NCBI GenBank assembly: GCA_030141605.1
Contig: JAQGDQ010000258.1
Coordinates: forward strand, 124,001-188,000
Length of the DNA: 64,000 bases
Reading direction: 5' to 3'
DNA from: Tubiluchus corallicola
Lineage: Eukaryota; Animalia; Priapulida
Below are positions 13,690 to 27,200 of this stretch, one piece after another. Made by a program: the position numbers and the translations under genes. The notes beneath the pieces are model-generated. The model worked only from the letters and a program-made list of their open reading frames with translations, was not told the DNA's origin and ran no database searches. The number at the start of each line of letters is the position of its first letter. Position 1 is the stretch's first letter.

Positions 13690-14590
13690 TTTTAGAAAAA
13701 CTGTTTTGGTACAACGAATCGTAACATGTGATTCAATTCCAGTTATAGTAAGGCAAAATTTAATAGGAAAATTACACAACATAACATGAGACAATCAGAA
13801 GGAGGCCAACTTTTAAGACCAAAACCAAGAACAGACTATAGAAAAGCAAGACTACAGTATTCTGGAGCACTATTGTACAATAATGTCAATGCTAATCTTA
13901 GATTGAAATCGTCAGAAGCACAGCTTAAAACTGTTTACTACAAATACTTTTAAATTAGTCATATATATAGTGCGTTTAATTTAGATAACCATTATAAATT
14001 TTAGATGGACTTCAGATTTTTTATTAGGATCATATTTGCGTTTTAGAAGGCTACAAATTTGATCTGTTGTGCTTTTAAGTAACCATTATAGATTTTAGAT
14101 TATTTTTAGTTTTTGTTTTTTGGTTTATATAATACAGTGTTTTAGCTTTACTGGTCTTATCTAAAATTTTTATACATAATCATCGCTAATCTTTTGTGCT
14201 TTGATTTTTCTTGTCTACTCATTATCTTTTAATTTTACGATTTTCACTAGTTGGATTTTACATTGTTTTGTAATTCACATAATAATTCATAACTACTACT
14301 AGTTTACATATATTAATAACGTCCGTAGCTTTTATCCTTTCGTTTCATTTACATTTTCTTAATTGACAACTAGTTGTTTGTGATATTAGTCAATGATTTA
14401 CACCACAGTTAAGTTTTAACTTGCGCTTTTATTATTATTTTCTGTACATAATGTTAGTTTAATGTATAGTAATCTGCAGTATTTTTAATAGCTTCTATGC
14501 ATTTTATTTTTTGTGATTTTTTACTTATACTAACACTTGGACCATAATGGAAATAACATGTATGTATCATGTTTTTATGTATCCAAGAGA
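13690..14590 (+). mobile_element. 3' fragment and tail of a CR1/L2-like LINE
   Basis: Degenerate ORF2 end (...YSGALLYNNVNANLR...) followed by T-rich tail and cttggaccataatggaaataa...atccaag terminal motif. Confidence 0.4.
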
Positions 14591-14739
14591 AAATTAATTT
14601 CTATTATTTTGTATGCAACTAATATGAAGATTATTATTAGTCACTTACAGCCAGTATTAGTCACGACACGAGAAGGTTGCAAACACATTTAACTGGGAAT
14701 TCTTTACTTTGACTTATGTGACTAATCACCACAGTGAAA

Positions 14740-16731
14740 TTGACTGAATTCGTAGAAAGGTGGAACTGTTTAAACGAGTGTATCCAGAACTACGCCAGTA
14801 TGGCATATGTCGAGTTAAAGTGTTTTTACCCTGTTTATATGGATCTACTCTTGCAAATGGGTTCATATTATATGTAAACGTAGTGTTATATATAATAACT
14901 TTTCTGTGCCAACGGCCTAGCTAGCCAGGAGTCTCAATCGCTGGCAATCGCTATGTTGTTCCTTTGCTCATTATCGACAATGACCGTAGGCACAGTATAA
15001 TTAGGGATGTCTAAAGTTTTTTGTATTAGACTTAACGTACACATTTAATGTAATAATGTTGTAATTTAGTCATATTGTAATTTCTTTTCTCTTAGTTAAC
15101 ACGTAGAACTAAAACGTAGGTCTCGTATAATAGACCAGTAAACTTTTATTATTAAGCATGTACTTATTACTCTTGTTTCGTTGTCATTGTAAATATTATC
15201 ATTGTAAAAATGTAATATTCATCAATAATTATGTGCATGTTGGTACGGGGGCGAAATGCCATTTATTTTCGACTCCCCTCTACATTGTGAAGGTTCGATC
15301 CATTACGAAGCCATTGCATATCAGAATTGCAAAGCAGCTATAAGTAGCTGGTATGAAATAGTCTCATCTGTTCAGTCCGCAGACGGACAGGTGCGTTTAC
15401 CACCTAAGTACCTGTTCCATAGTCATGATCAGCATGAGGAATGCAGGAAAAGATTCTGGCTAGTTTTCATCTTAATTTTCTGTTTATATTTCTTCTCTGT
15501 TTTCGCATCTACAGCATTTGTCTGCAACATGGTTTGGCTGATCCAGATTTGAACCCTGGACCTCTTGACCGCCTCCGCAACAATATTTTAATTACTTGTT
15601 TTATTTGCACAGAGATGGTTTTGCAAAATCTTACTTTGTTTGTAGCCCATCCAGACGTTAAGTATTGAAATTTTTCGTATAGAAGCATCGGAATAGAAGC
15701 ATGGTAAACCAATAAATTTCAACTAGTTTACAAAACGTATTTCAGCGAAGATGTTTAGTACCATGTACGTGCAGAATATACAAACTGAAAACATTTATCA
15801 TACTCTAGGACCCGAAGAAGACGTTGACTTTGTTCCATTCAAGTTTGTCATCTACAACAAAGGTTTCAATTTGCGAGCGTGGACGTGTTATTTCACAGAA
15901 GACAAATTCATAGAAAATTACGATTTTCAACACAAGCCCGATTTTATCTCCAAAACATTTTGGAGCCTCATATTAAAGGTAAATTTGGAAGAGGGCAAGA
16001 GGTACATAATATGTAAAATTTGATGTGATTTGCATTATCTTATCAAGGAGTATCATAATAACATCGTGGAGTAAAATAAGATAATTGTTCTATACTTTAC
16101 AGCAAAACTACTATTAAAATTGGTTTCACTTTTTGCAACAAAGATTATAAACTGACAAAAGTTACCAGCTATTGCCATAACCCTAATCATGATTTTTCTG
16201 CTTGTAAATTCGCACAATTAAAAAAGCACAATTAAAAAATCGTCAATTTGAATCGCGACTTTGGTGATTGATTTAAATGATTCTTGTGTCTTGCTTGTGT
16301 TGTTAGAACATGCGTCCTGTGCATGTGTCTCTTGCATAAGTCATAATGGTATGTACAGTTTCATGATGCGTTTTGCAAGCATACGTCAACTCATGCAATG
16401 GACGTGAGCAAAGATTGCACCGTGTGAACAGGACATAAGGAAAGACCCAAATGACCCTTTATAAATACTATCGTAGTGTATCAGTGTTTTGATTCAAAGC
16501 AAAGAAACGATGTTACTTTTTTAATTGATTATTTTTCTGTTACTAAATTAGCGGGGAATATAGCCTTTAGACTTACTTTTGTATCATTTGTTTCAGTCAC
16601 ATAGCTGGTTAGAAGGTGAAGGAGCATGGAGACAAGAATTTGATTTCGTCAGGGAAAGGGACGGGAAGTGGACGGCAATTACTCGATGGGTGGATCCGGA
16701 GGGACACTGCCGGCTTATAAGAATCACCTGA
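14740..16731 (+). pseudogene. Candidate decayed FABP/iLBP-like paralogue
   Basis: Exon-like blocks: 14740- LTEFVERWNCLNECIQNY (exon-1-like, no ATG); 15746-15978 open frame with phase1/phase0 ends; 16597-16716 SHSWLEGEGAWRQEFDFVRERDGKWTAITRWVDPEGHCRL followed by ataaga where gtaaga would be expected. Confidence 0.35.
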
Positions 16732-19662
16732 TTATAATTTAAGAGGAACTTTTGCCAGGCGTCCCTTAAACTTGTATTCTGCAGTGATGTATACTTGTGA
16801 CAAAACGTCCCAGTGAGTCTGACTATGTAGTTTGTAAAGTAATGAAAGATGATATTTTCGCAGCAGAGCTGTGGCTGCTATAAAAGACTACGCGGAAACG
16901 TTCGTGTATTGCTTACTATTGCTCAAAATCCACTGTGGTGTTGCACAATAGGACCCAATTATAATCTTGTATATACATGTAATTACACAAGGTGATGATA
17001 ATCGCATGTCTTTCTTTGTATATGCTACAATTTACTTTTTGAAATTTTGTTGTAAGCTTGCTTTATTTAGCCGACTTTTGTTTCATTACAAAACATATTA
17101 ATTCTTAACAACATTTCAAAATAGTGGTGTTGAATAAAAAAATCACAATTAAAAAAACAAAGGAAAAGAAAGATCGGGCACAACGTTTCAAACTACGATT
17201 GTAGTTCTTCAGGTGAACAAAAAAGGATGAAAAAAGAGAAAAAAATCACAAGGATTCGCTACAACAAATTTTTCTGGGAGTTCTTTGTTTATATTATTAA
17301 TACATAAAAAAGGATATCAGACTCTAAAGGATACGGGCACGTAGAAAAGCACAGAAATACAGCAGACAAAAACTCGTGTGAGAAACACAGAAGTATAAAA
17401 TCACTGACGACGGTCACAGCTTTAAATTCAACAGAGAAGTCTAACAAGGACCATAACTTATATACAACAAAACAGTTATCAAACCACTTAAGTACAAGAT
17501 CAACAGAATGCAACTCGTGGATTTAGAAGTGAATGACAAAAGAACAACAAAAGACCAATTAATCAGAAGAAAGGGTGATACCAATACAAACTACCTATGG
17601 AGTTGGCTGGGTTATTTGCAAAAGCAAAACAGATGATTAATCAGAAGAAACGGGTGAAAATAACAATAAGCAGAAGATTAAAACCCCATTGTAATAATTT
17701 AACAAGTTTTTTTTCAAAAAGTTGAACATACTGTTAAAATTTAAGACGTCTGTTTAATAATACAAAGACTACGCTAGCGAAGTCGGGCAATATTGTTACT
17801 TCAAGTAAAGAAGTAGTAGATTGATAGATTCGGCTATAGTATTTTAATTAAGGGTGTCAAGAGCAGTATTCTAGTTGACCCAGGAAAATTAGAAATTTAA
17901 TATTGAAGAATATAGTTACGTGCCTCTTTATCGCTGCAGAGACCACAAATTTTGCAGGCTTTCTGAATAATATTGTACATGTTCGTTCAGTTATATTTTC
18001 ATGCAACGAAAATGATTGAAAATATTTTTAATCCATACATTTTTTACGCATAACGTATCAGTATTATTTTTGTTACACCCTGACAGACAATTGCAGATTT
18101 ACAAAACATCAGTTATAGATGAACTATTAGGTATTTTAAGCTAAGCATGGTCAAACTTTTAAGGTAAAGACACGTTTGACAAAATGATTTTCCTAAAATT
18201 TAAATACGCCATCCAAAAGGAAAGCGTCTCCACAAATATGTGTTCTGATTGTGCTATGTGACGTACAGTGCACCAATGATATATGAACCATCGACCAAAT
18301 CGAAGTTACACGCATTTTTGTTTCTTGCTTCCAAATTAAAAGTTCCTCTAAATTATGTTATTAGAATATAAGCACACCGCTGCATTTTGAAGTAAAGATC
18401 CTTTTCCGAAGGTGCCAAGTCATCGATTTTACTTATTTATTGACCGAAACTGGAATCGACACTGAGGCACATAACCATTACAGGCCTACACGCAACGCAT
18501 TTATATTCTTAGAGAGTGTATGTCAACTGGTTTCTTTGGAGATGTAATAGAAAGCTGCACAGTGAACTAAAGTGAAAAACAAAGGCCATATTAGTCCAGT
18601 TCCTTATACATTTTCGTTAAATTTTTTGGAGATTTGCAAAACTATATATTTTTGGAATCGTTAAAAAATGAAAAGATAACTTTTATGCAAAGGTAGATCC
18701 TTAGCTTTCCTAAAATATATAGGATATCTAATCTCCAAAAATTCTGAACAAGCCTTATGATCAGTACATTGCGTACTAGACTATATATGCTACACAGTTG
18801 CTTCAACTTTTCAAAGTTTCTAAGCAGCAGAGAATATTCGTAATTAATGTTTTTGTATTTAGATAACACTTCATAATAGTCCTTATTTTCTTGGTACGGT
18901 AAAGTTTGTAGTGCCTAGTACACTAAATTTTGATTTCGGCAATGAATAATGGATTAATCACGACTAAAGAGGATTTTTTATAGATGTTTAACTCAGTTTT
19001 TTCTTCAATCAAATGGCGATTCCCTTATGTAAAACGTCTCTTCCACTCTTTAGATGTAGACGCCCGATGCAGTTGGGACCACTGAGCATAGGCGAATTAT
19101 TATTTTTTTTAAAACCATAATTTTTCTCTGTCATAACACTTTCTTTTGTTCCTCTGACGAAGCACTTATGGTACATTTTAGGCTGCCGTACGAGCAGGTA
19201 TGTTTTTAGTCCGTTTTAATCGGCAATTGATGAAAAAACATTCAGTCTAGAACCGTGGACGTCAATTCCGACCAAGGCTTCAAAACAGACAAAATTTACA
19301 AAAACTTGACATTTTCTTGACAATACACTATGAAATACAGTACTGATTTAAAGGTGTACTGGAACAGTATAATTAGTGTAAAACAGAACTACACAACTAA
19401 AATGTTCTCAGTCTAGAAAAATAAATGTAGGATATTCTTGCGAAATCAATATTTCACAAACCATCTTTTGCACATTGACTGGCCATCTCCTAGCGGCATG
19501 CTCTAAAACACAAAAAAAAACATGATCAGATAAAGTTGCCATGGTTTCGTCTTTACAGTTTTGACTAGAATTCTCTCATTGTTACTTAACTTGGAGGTTT
19601 TGCTCCACAATTTTACTTTTTTCATTATTATGGTAACCGAATTGCTTATATTTTAGATCTTT

Positions 19663-22600
19663 TTAAGATTTTTTTGACCGAAAGAAACATTTAGTAACTG
19701 AACTGAATTTTAAAAGTGACGCTGAAAAGTGGCGCAGACAAATCAAACGTTCTGCAAAATGCTGCTTAAAAACTAGACGATAATGACATTTCGCAAGCCG
19801 CAAGGTCTAATAGAATATGAAATTCTTTGTCACCATTATCATCAATATCAATGTCATCATGATTGTCATGAAACAAGAATAATTATAATGGCTTTGTCAG
19901 AGATCTCTTGGTTGTTTTAGCAATAGAAAATTATGACAGTATCTTAGAGGAAAGTTACTCTTGATTTACCTTTGCCCACTGTTTACATGTACTGTACTTT
20001 GTAGCCAATTTCGTAGCTCTTAAAATATTTAATGGCCTGATTTTAGTAAATAATGAAAAATTATTCATTTGAAGTGAAGTGATACTGCGCATTTCAAGTT
20101 ACAATAGATGTTTTATTCAGCTCCGCTATCTGTTAAGCAGGTGTAAGCAGAGACTGTAGTATAAGTCTCTCGTACATAGATTTAAATGACGTCCATACCT
20201 GCGTGAAACTCGTTTTAGACTGATCGGATCGAATCGGACCTAATCTGATCTGATCCGATCCCATCCCATCCCATCCAATCCAATCCAATCCAATCCAATC
20301 CAATCCAATCCAATCCAATCCAATCCAATCCAATCCAATCTAATCTAATCTAATCCCATCCATCCAATACAATGTAATTTGTGCTACATCTTTATAAACA
20401 GGACTGCAGGCTACAACATTATTCATAAAGAACACACTAACTCTACAGTAACTACCTATATTTACCAGGATTAACGTGTCGTCATCTTCTATTTCATGTG
20501 TATATTCTTCCGTTAAATTATCACACTCGAGTTCTACCACAGTCAGCACCAGTATCCCATTTTGAATTTTATAAGTATTCTAAAATGCCGCAAATAATAT
20601 AATTGTAGTAACTTTTTATACATTCTTAACTTCTTTTTGTTGTACTGCTATGTGAGTGTGCAAAACTATGAAGGCATATTATGCATTATTATCCTACTAG
20701 TACATTGGAATTAGTAGCTATAATAATTATTTCACACTTTTCATTTAAAATTTGACTGCTAATTTCGTTCAAAAACATACAAAAAAGAGTAAAGACACTA
20801 TTTATTTATTCAAGCGAATTCAGATCTCGGAAAATAATCTTATTTTCACTTTCAATTGACTGGTCTTACGATTTATTTACTACATGTCTAGAATTAAATT
20901 TTCCTAGAAAGTTCGACATATGACAATTTTAAGATTGCAGTACACTTCAGGTCATAAGCTTCTAGCTTCTAGTGTATATATATATGGCAGTTGTGCGTAC
21001 AGCATTGGAATTATATAATATAATATAATATATTTTTATATAGATATATATTCTATATATATATTTCTATATATATATATATATATACATATATACTCAT
21101 ACTCAAATACTCATATATCTTTCATCGCATATCATTATGCAATGCATTGACAATAGATTACATTGGCAGTATAATGGTAACAATATAAATAACATAATTT
21201 TATAATGTATGCCTCCCACAGATTTTTGTCAAAAAATATTAAGTGTTTTAAAGTGTACGTCTGTTCGCTTCGCAAATCTTTTACTCTGGCAGAAGTGGTT
21301 ACGGTTACAATCATTACGGCAAATCACTTTGATTTCTGACGATGATGATGATGATATGCAGTTATTAAAATAAATTTGGTAAATCTTACTGTTATCTTCT
21401 GTCCCATTGCACTTCGGGTATCTACAGTTTTCCCCAGTTCAAATTTGACATTGTGAAATGTCTGGAAAACGGCATAAACACGGATGTGGTAGGTACCTTC
21501 ACCTGTATCTTGTATGTCCATGTAAGTGGTGGTTGCCTTTGATGCGTATCTAAGGAATGGCAATACTTCTGCAGAACATGTAAAGGGTACAGTATTAGGA
21601 TATGTAATTTAACGGTAAACGCAGAGTCAATTTCAAGAAAATATGTTAAAGCATCACAAAAGCAGTTTTATGTCACTAACAATGGACTGCACAGTACACC
21701 TAAGAGTGATGTCGGGCTATAAACCAAGAAAGAGCTTAAACTGCGTGAAATTTTGATGAAAACAAGTACATCATTATATTAGACTTCAAAACAGGGTAGT
21801 GTAGCAAGATAAACTAGATATCTTAGGCCTGTAGGTAAATAGGTCTGAATCAAAGTTAGTGGAGCAACCATGACAGATTTTGGCAATTTGGGTGCCACGT
21901 GACCTATTTAAGCAACAAAATCCTGTGAAAGTGAAACATAGTAACTTCTGATGACTTGTTAATTATTTATAATCTTCATATTAATGTTAATATTAATGAT
22001 GCCACAATAAATTAAATTTTGAAACAAAATTTTAAAACAGGAAATGTGAAAAGTTGTAACACAGTAGGATTTGAACCAAGACCTTCTGCTTAGAAGGTAG
22101 ATGACTTATATCAATGATCAATGTGAATGATCAACACAACACCACGGCATGCACTCAATGGTGAATGACCACTACGGTAAGTGCACAATGGAACACCACG
22201 ACGCACACTCGCCGAATGATTACTACAACACCGTAGCGTTAACACACCACTGCATCATACAACAAAAGATTGCCAAGGGTCACTTCATGAATTGAAGTGA
22301 ATTCTTAAAGCACTATAGTTCGTGAATTTTCATTTTTTGGATACTGTAATGTGTAAGTAAACCACTTGTCTGTTCTTTATCCTACACAGAATATTTTGGT
22401 AAAGAACTCCATTACAAAAAAATAGAATACAAAAAGGAAGAGATTTTTTTACACGGAGCACCTTAAATTGTATACATAATTTTTCCATACTAGTTCATGG
22501 TATGTAATGACCATTATGGAAATGAAGTTATACGCGCACATTTTGCACAGATATACAGAAAAAAATGTACAAAATCTATTTTCACACTCACGAATTATAC

Positions 22601-22677
22601 GAACTTTTGTATTCCAGCCATTCGTCGAAGTTTTCATTTTTCGTATTTTGCCAATTTCCTATGTATCTTTCCATCAT
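19663..22677 (-). CDS. Divergent intracellular lipid-binding protein (FABP/CRBP family), 4 exons, about 169 aa
   Basis: Exons 22605-22677 (73 nt, MMERYIGNWQNTKNENFDEWLEYK), 21390-21568 (179 nt, ...VKFELGKTVDTRSAMGQKIT), 20466-20579 (114 nt, NTYKIQNGILVL...THEIEDDDTLIL), 19663-19806 (TLRLAKCHYRLVFKQ...stop). GxW and ENFDE motifs, FxLG motif and intron phases 1/0/0 match the family's 4-exon layout. Exon 4 is the least certain. Confidence 0.85.
20221..20368 (+). repeat. (CCAAT)n pentanucleotide microsatellite with degenerate flanks
   Basis: Pure ccaat run at about 20273-20340; lies in FABP intron 3. Confidence 0.95.
22059..22110 (-). mobile_element. tRNA-derived SINE-like fragment
   Basis: Minus strand ...tctaccttctaagcagaaggtcttGGTTCAAATCCtactgtg: B box and anticodon-like arm, no complete cloverleaf. 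Confidence 0.45.
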
Positions 22678-25600
22678 TGATGTGAATTAAGTAGGTATAA
22701 GCAACTAAAGTTATGTATCAAAGTAATCGGTACTTCAAGTTTATAACGTAAAAAGCACGACGACCAAAATATAAAATTAATGTAAAATTCCATTAAACAA
22801 CCGTGCTAGCTGCGACTTTAACCGGTGTTTTACAAGAACTTTTGCACACAAAATGGGTGATAATAGCTGATCCTGTAACTTTGTTACAACGTTAACGCAC
22901 AACAGCGAGCATGCAAATTAATTTTAATAAATCACAAACTGCCAATATGCTTTTACTCAATGCAAATTTTACTTTTTGTTAATTTCATAACAAATTTTAA
23001 TTAACATCGAATACTGCCTACCCTTGGTAAAAATCAGATCATCCCCACCCTGAAAAGTTGTTAGTTCATCTAACAAGTCGTGACTGAGCATTGATAAGAA
23101 AGTGCATCCGCACGTTGCTCGGGCTTTCCCAAAGACGCTCCCAAGATGTACGTAGAACGTAGACGTACGTACGTACGGTGCGCTGGGAACCTCTCTGGAT
23201 TTTCCTAAATTACTATCTGTATTATAGGCTTATATTGGCAATAAGTTAAAGTTATTAGGTACTACCTAATTTACCTGTTTTGATTTTGTTTACCATTTGA
23301 GTTTTGTGTATTAAAACCATATATTCATATGTTGTCAACACATTCAGAACGTTACTGGCCGCGAACTGTGCAAATTTTTTTCACATCAAGTAAAGGGCAA
23401 ATAAAGCTTTATTCTGCGTAGAACTTGACTGAGGAAAGAGCGCCAGAAATGATGAAGAATAAGATCCTGACCTGAATAAAACTTGTGATACATAAACCCA
23501 AATTATATACCACAGAAATATACATAATCAATTAGGCAGATTAAGTGGCGAAGTAGAAAAATTAAAACAAGGCGTTACAAGTACAATTAAGTGAAGTTTA
23601 CTCAAAAAATTGAAAGTGACAACACGAACACAGCCTTATGTTAAACCACTAACTTCACGCAGGAGCAACATAAAAACACTTGTACAATAAAAGGGAAATT
23701 AAACACACAAAATGTTTAAACATACACAAAGGATCGTTATAAAACACACCTAATAGCTAGAAGTACAGACTGAGACCACTAAAAAGATACTAAGCGTGCA
23801 GCTGTTTAAGAAAGATGTAAGTAATTGCGAGGGTATCATAGATAGCATATCATCAACTAAAAAAACTGTGCAGTTTTAAAACATTAGAATAAAAAGTTAA
23901 AAACGACTGTTGGTAACATAGTTGAAGTAGATTAAACAGAGTTAACTATACTCAAAGACAATCTCTGACATAAAGAAGTAGAATACAATTATTAATACAC
24001 TTGCTTAGTGGAATGAACTGTTGAAAGGCTCTGGCACTGAATGGGTAGTTCTCGAGAATTTGTGACTTGTTATTTCGTTTCATTTGCGACCAAGAGAGGG
24101 CAATGTAAGCACGAAGTTCGTCGAACCGATTTCAACCGAGATTTTACGAGACAACAACAATAACAAAAGCTGCCAACTAACAGAGAATTTTTATTCGATA
24201 TCCTTAAATTAATGTGAAATATTTCTCTTTCATCGATGCAGTCACGCAAGAGAAGGTATTATAACATTACTTACACTAAAATTAAATGTCTGTGAATTTG
24301 AAGCGGAAGTTTATGCAATGTGTTTTGTGCAACGGTTTGAGTAAAAAGTGAAAATCAAAATGGTTAAAGCACTAGCTCAGCTGTAAACACTAGATAAGCA
24401 TTGAATCAGAAATAATGTTGGAGCTAAATTATTATTATTATTACCGGGGAACAGCAATAACTTTGACTCTGACTTTTGCTAAGCACCTCTACGCAGCATA
24501 GAAATCTAAATAAGAATATTTCATCCAAAGAAATAAGGACCTAGATGGTAACTATGCACTATCAGTCCTTTCTCAAATGCCTTTTGAAAATGTCGACTGA
24601 TGAAGTATTGATGATTGATGATGGAAGACGAGTAACAAATTGCACAAGACTGGAAACGTTTTCTCAAGTTTTTAAGTTCGCTGTAGCCAGTAGCACTAAC
24701 TCACTGCCTTCTGCTGCAGGTGCATATGACATATAAGTTTAGAAGTACTATTAGACCTTTTAGGTAGGCTATTAGTACTGACATCTTTGTTAGTTTAGAA
24801 AATTAATTTAATTTTGCTAAATGCAAAAGCTGGATAGATTCATATACCCGGCGCGAGGCTCTGAAATTTCCATATATCTTCTCATAAACGTTGTAAGTGC
24901 TCAAAATGTTAAACGACTATATAGGATCAGTAAAACTATATAACTCAGTAATGTCATTAGGGAAGCTTGTGAAATCACACTTTAGCCTAGCGAGAAATTT
25001 TGAAGAAAATTTTTTGTTAACTGGTTTGTTATTCAGCTTCTGATAGTGTTATCATATTATATAAAATTTATTTGTGTTTGGCTTACATTTTGTGTCATTG
25101 ATTATGGTAGGTACATCAAGATATGTGTATAGTTCAGCTTGACTACATTTTAGCTGTATGACTTAGCACATTGAAATAATTATTTCATTAACAGGTCTTG
25201 TTAATATTTAAACTGAAATTACTTCTTTCTTTTTTGAGCACTGTTAGTATTTAACTTCCTCTGTTCACACTCATTTGTCTTTGTTATAGCTTATATATTG
25301 TCAACTGTTATCATTGATGGCTGTAAGAACTTCTGCAAACTTGTGACTTGTTTCGTGGGCCTCATCTAAATCGGCCTCTAATTAACCTCTCTAAACTATT
25401 CCTGCTATTTGAAAAACATTAATAAAATTATAATTCACAAGTCTTTCCCTGTTTTAAGATAAACAGGTTCTGAGATTGTTCAATAATTGTGCAAGCAAAG
25501 GTGGGAAATTATAAATATTTAGAATGATATTGCAGGAGGATTAGAGATGAAGAAGGTTTTTGCAATTTCGTGTTCATAAATTTCATTTGAGATAAATCTC

Positions 25601-26599
25601 AAATGAAATTTATATATGTAAATATACGTTTATAAATATATATATATATATATATACGTTCCCAGTTTATGTTTCCAAATGTATTTAGTGAAGAGTATTT
25701 AGTGTATTTAGTTTACTTACTATTTGTATCTGCAGTTCGAGTTTACTGTAGTCGAGTTCTGGTCATTCCAGTCTGAGTTCTTAAAAAGTGTTCAAATTCT
25801 ACATCTACTGGTAGAGAAATATTCTCCTATTATAATAACATGCTGTCACAGATCTAGGTTTCTTTTGGAGATATCAGATTTCTGCACTTATTTTCCAGTA
25901 TGGCCTTTTGACGTTGTTCGCCCAGTTGCTGCATGCATTTTATTTCTTAACAAAGAACTGACCTATGGTACTGGGTTTAATGATGATTTGGAGAGTATAT
26001 CGAGTGTGATGAATAAGATTAGCTCCTAAACTTCACGCTTTAAACTGGAACAACAAATGTTTTCTAAATAAATGAGGACATTTTAGCCCTACTTGTTTTA
26101 AATAAGGGTTTACAGATATTTTTTAATTGTTAAGCATTTGTACGTAGGAAAATTGTACAACTTAGATCTTGTAACTTTGCACTGTACTATTGTGCAGGTC
26201 TGAGTCTTATCATGTATAACTGCCAGTGCTAAATACAATTTGGTATATTGTTTTGGCAGGATTCAGTCAGGTAACAGTTTATAAATGTTGACTATCAGCT
26301 GTGAAGGCACTGAAATGCATATACATTTACGTAATAGCATAATTCTCTGATGAAAATGCTCTGAGTCTGAGACGTCTGCTCTTGTTTGTTTTTCACTGCT
26401 TTGCTTTGTAATCTCAAATTATTAGTTGTTTATTCATATAAAATATTATGCAGCAGTGATTTTTAGTATAGATAATTAAAGGCAATGAATAATAATTTTT
26501 GTTAGAAATATAAAAAAAGTGATGAAATCCATACATATCATCATACTTTTTACATGTAGTAACTGTTGTTTATACATTCACAAAATGCTTTTCTAACTT

Positions 26600-27200
26600 C
26601 TCGTTTCACATTAAAATTAATAAGCAAACAGCGCAGTTATACTTTATTCTTAAATCAACATCTGAATCATTCATAAAATACAACATTTTGGGTATAACAA
26701 GTAATTCAACATCTTGAATTTTTCTTAAGAAGCCAAGTTTTTGATTTGCTGTCATGGTGCCACAATAGAATATAAATAGTTTTGCATGTTCTCTGTTAAG
26801 TCTAATATTTTTTTGTATGCACAATTCCACCTTATTTGCATCTCTAGTAGAAATGCCACCAATTTCACACTCATACAACAAAATGGGGATATAATAATAA
26901 CTAATTAGTGTTTTTGCCATTATTGGGTTGCATTTGGTACTCAAAGACCCAAAATATTTACCGTTCAATCTTGTCATGTCAACTGCAAAGTCTTTACCAG
27001 TTTTTATATCGAGTCCCAAAACTCTCAAATATTTCACACTATGTTTCCCAAATGCTGGGCCAGCTGCAGTTCCCTGCAAGACTTAGAACAGACTTGTAAC
27101 TTTTCCTAGACTTGAGCACAAAAATGAAATGTAACTGCTTGTCTATAGCCTAAGGGCATGTGGTCCAGGGTTTTTTAATCCAGTAGTCCAGAATACAGTA
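26600..27200 (-). mobile_element. Decayed non-LTR retrotransposon RT C-terminal fragment
   Basis: ORF 26606-27079 has VKYLRVLGL and YYYIPILLYECE, resembling the KYLG and P-L-YG-E motifs of LINE ORF2. Confidence 0.45.

Noticed and set aside
20133-20198. Alternative last exon of the FABP gene (VWTSFKSMYERLILQSLLTPA)
   Set aside because: Phase-compatible but lacks the terminal beta-hairpin pattern; 19663-19806 aligns better. Not excluded as a minor isoform.
20466-21568. Fibronectin type III reading of GTYHIRVYAV and TLILVW
   Set aside because: The upstream 73-nt exon with GNW and ENFDE motifs and the intron phases fit the FABP family much better.
22059-22110. tRNA gene
   Set aside because: Only a B box and a partial arm; no acceptor stem or D arm. 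The similar fragment near 15545-15575 was rejected for the same reason.
23100-24770. Candidate YPEL promoter and non-coding first exons
   Set aside because: CpG-richer patches and possible donors exist, but boundaries cannot be fixed without transcript data.
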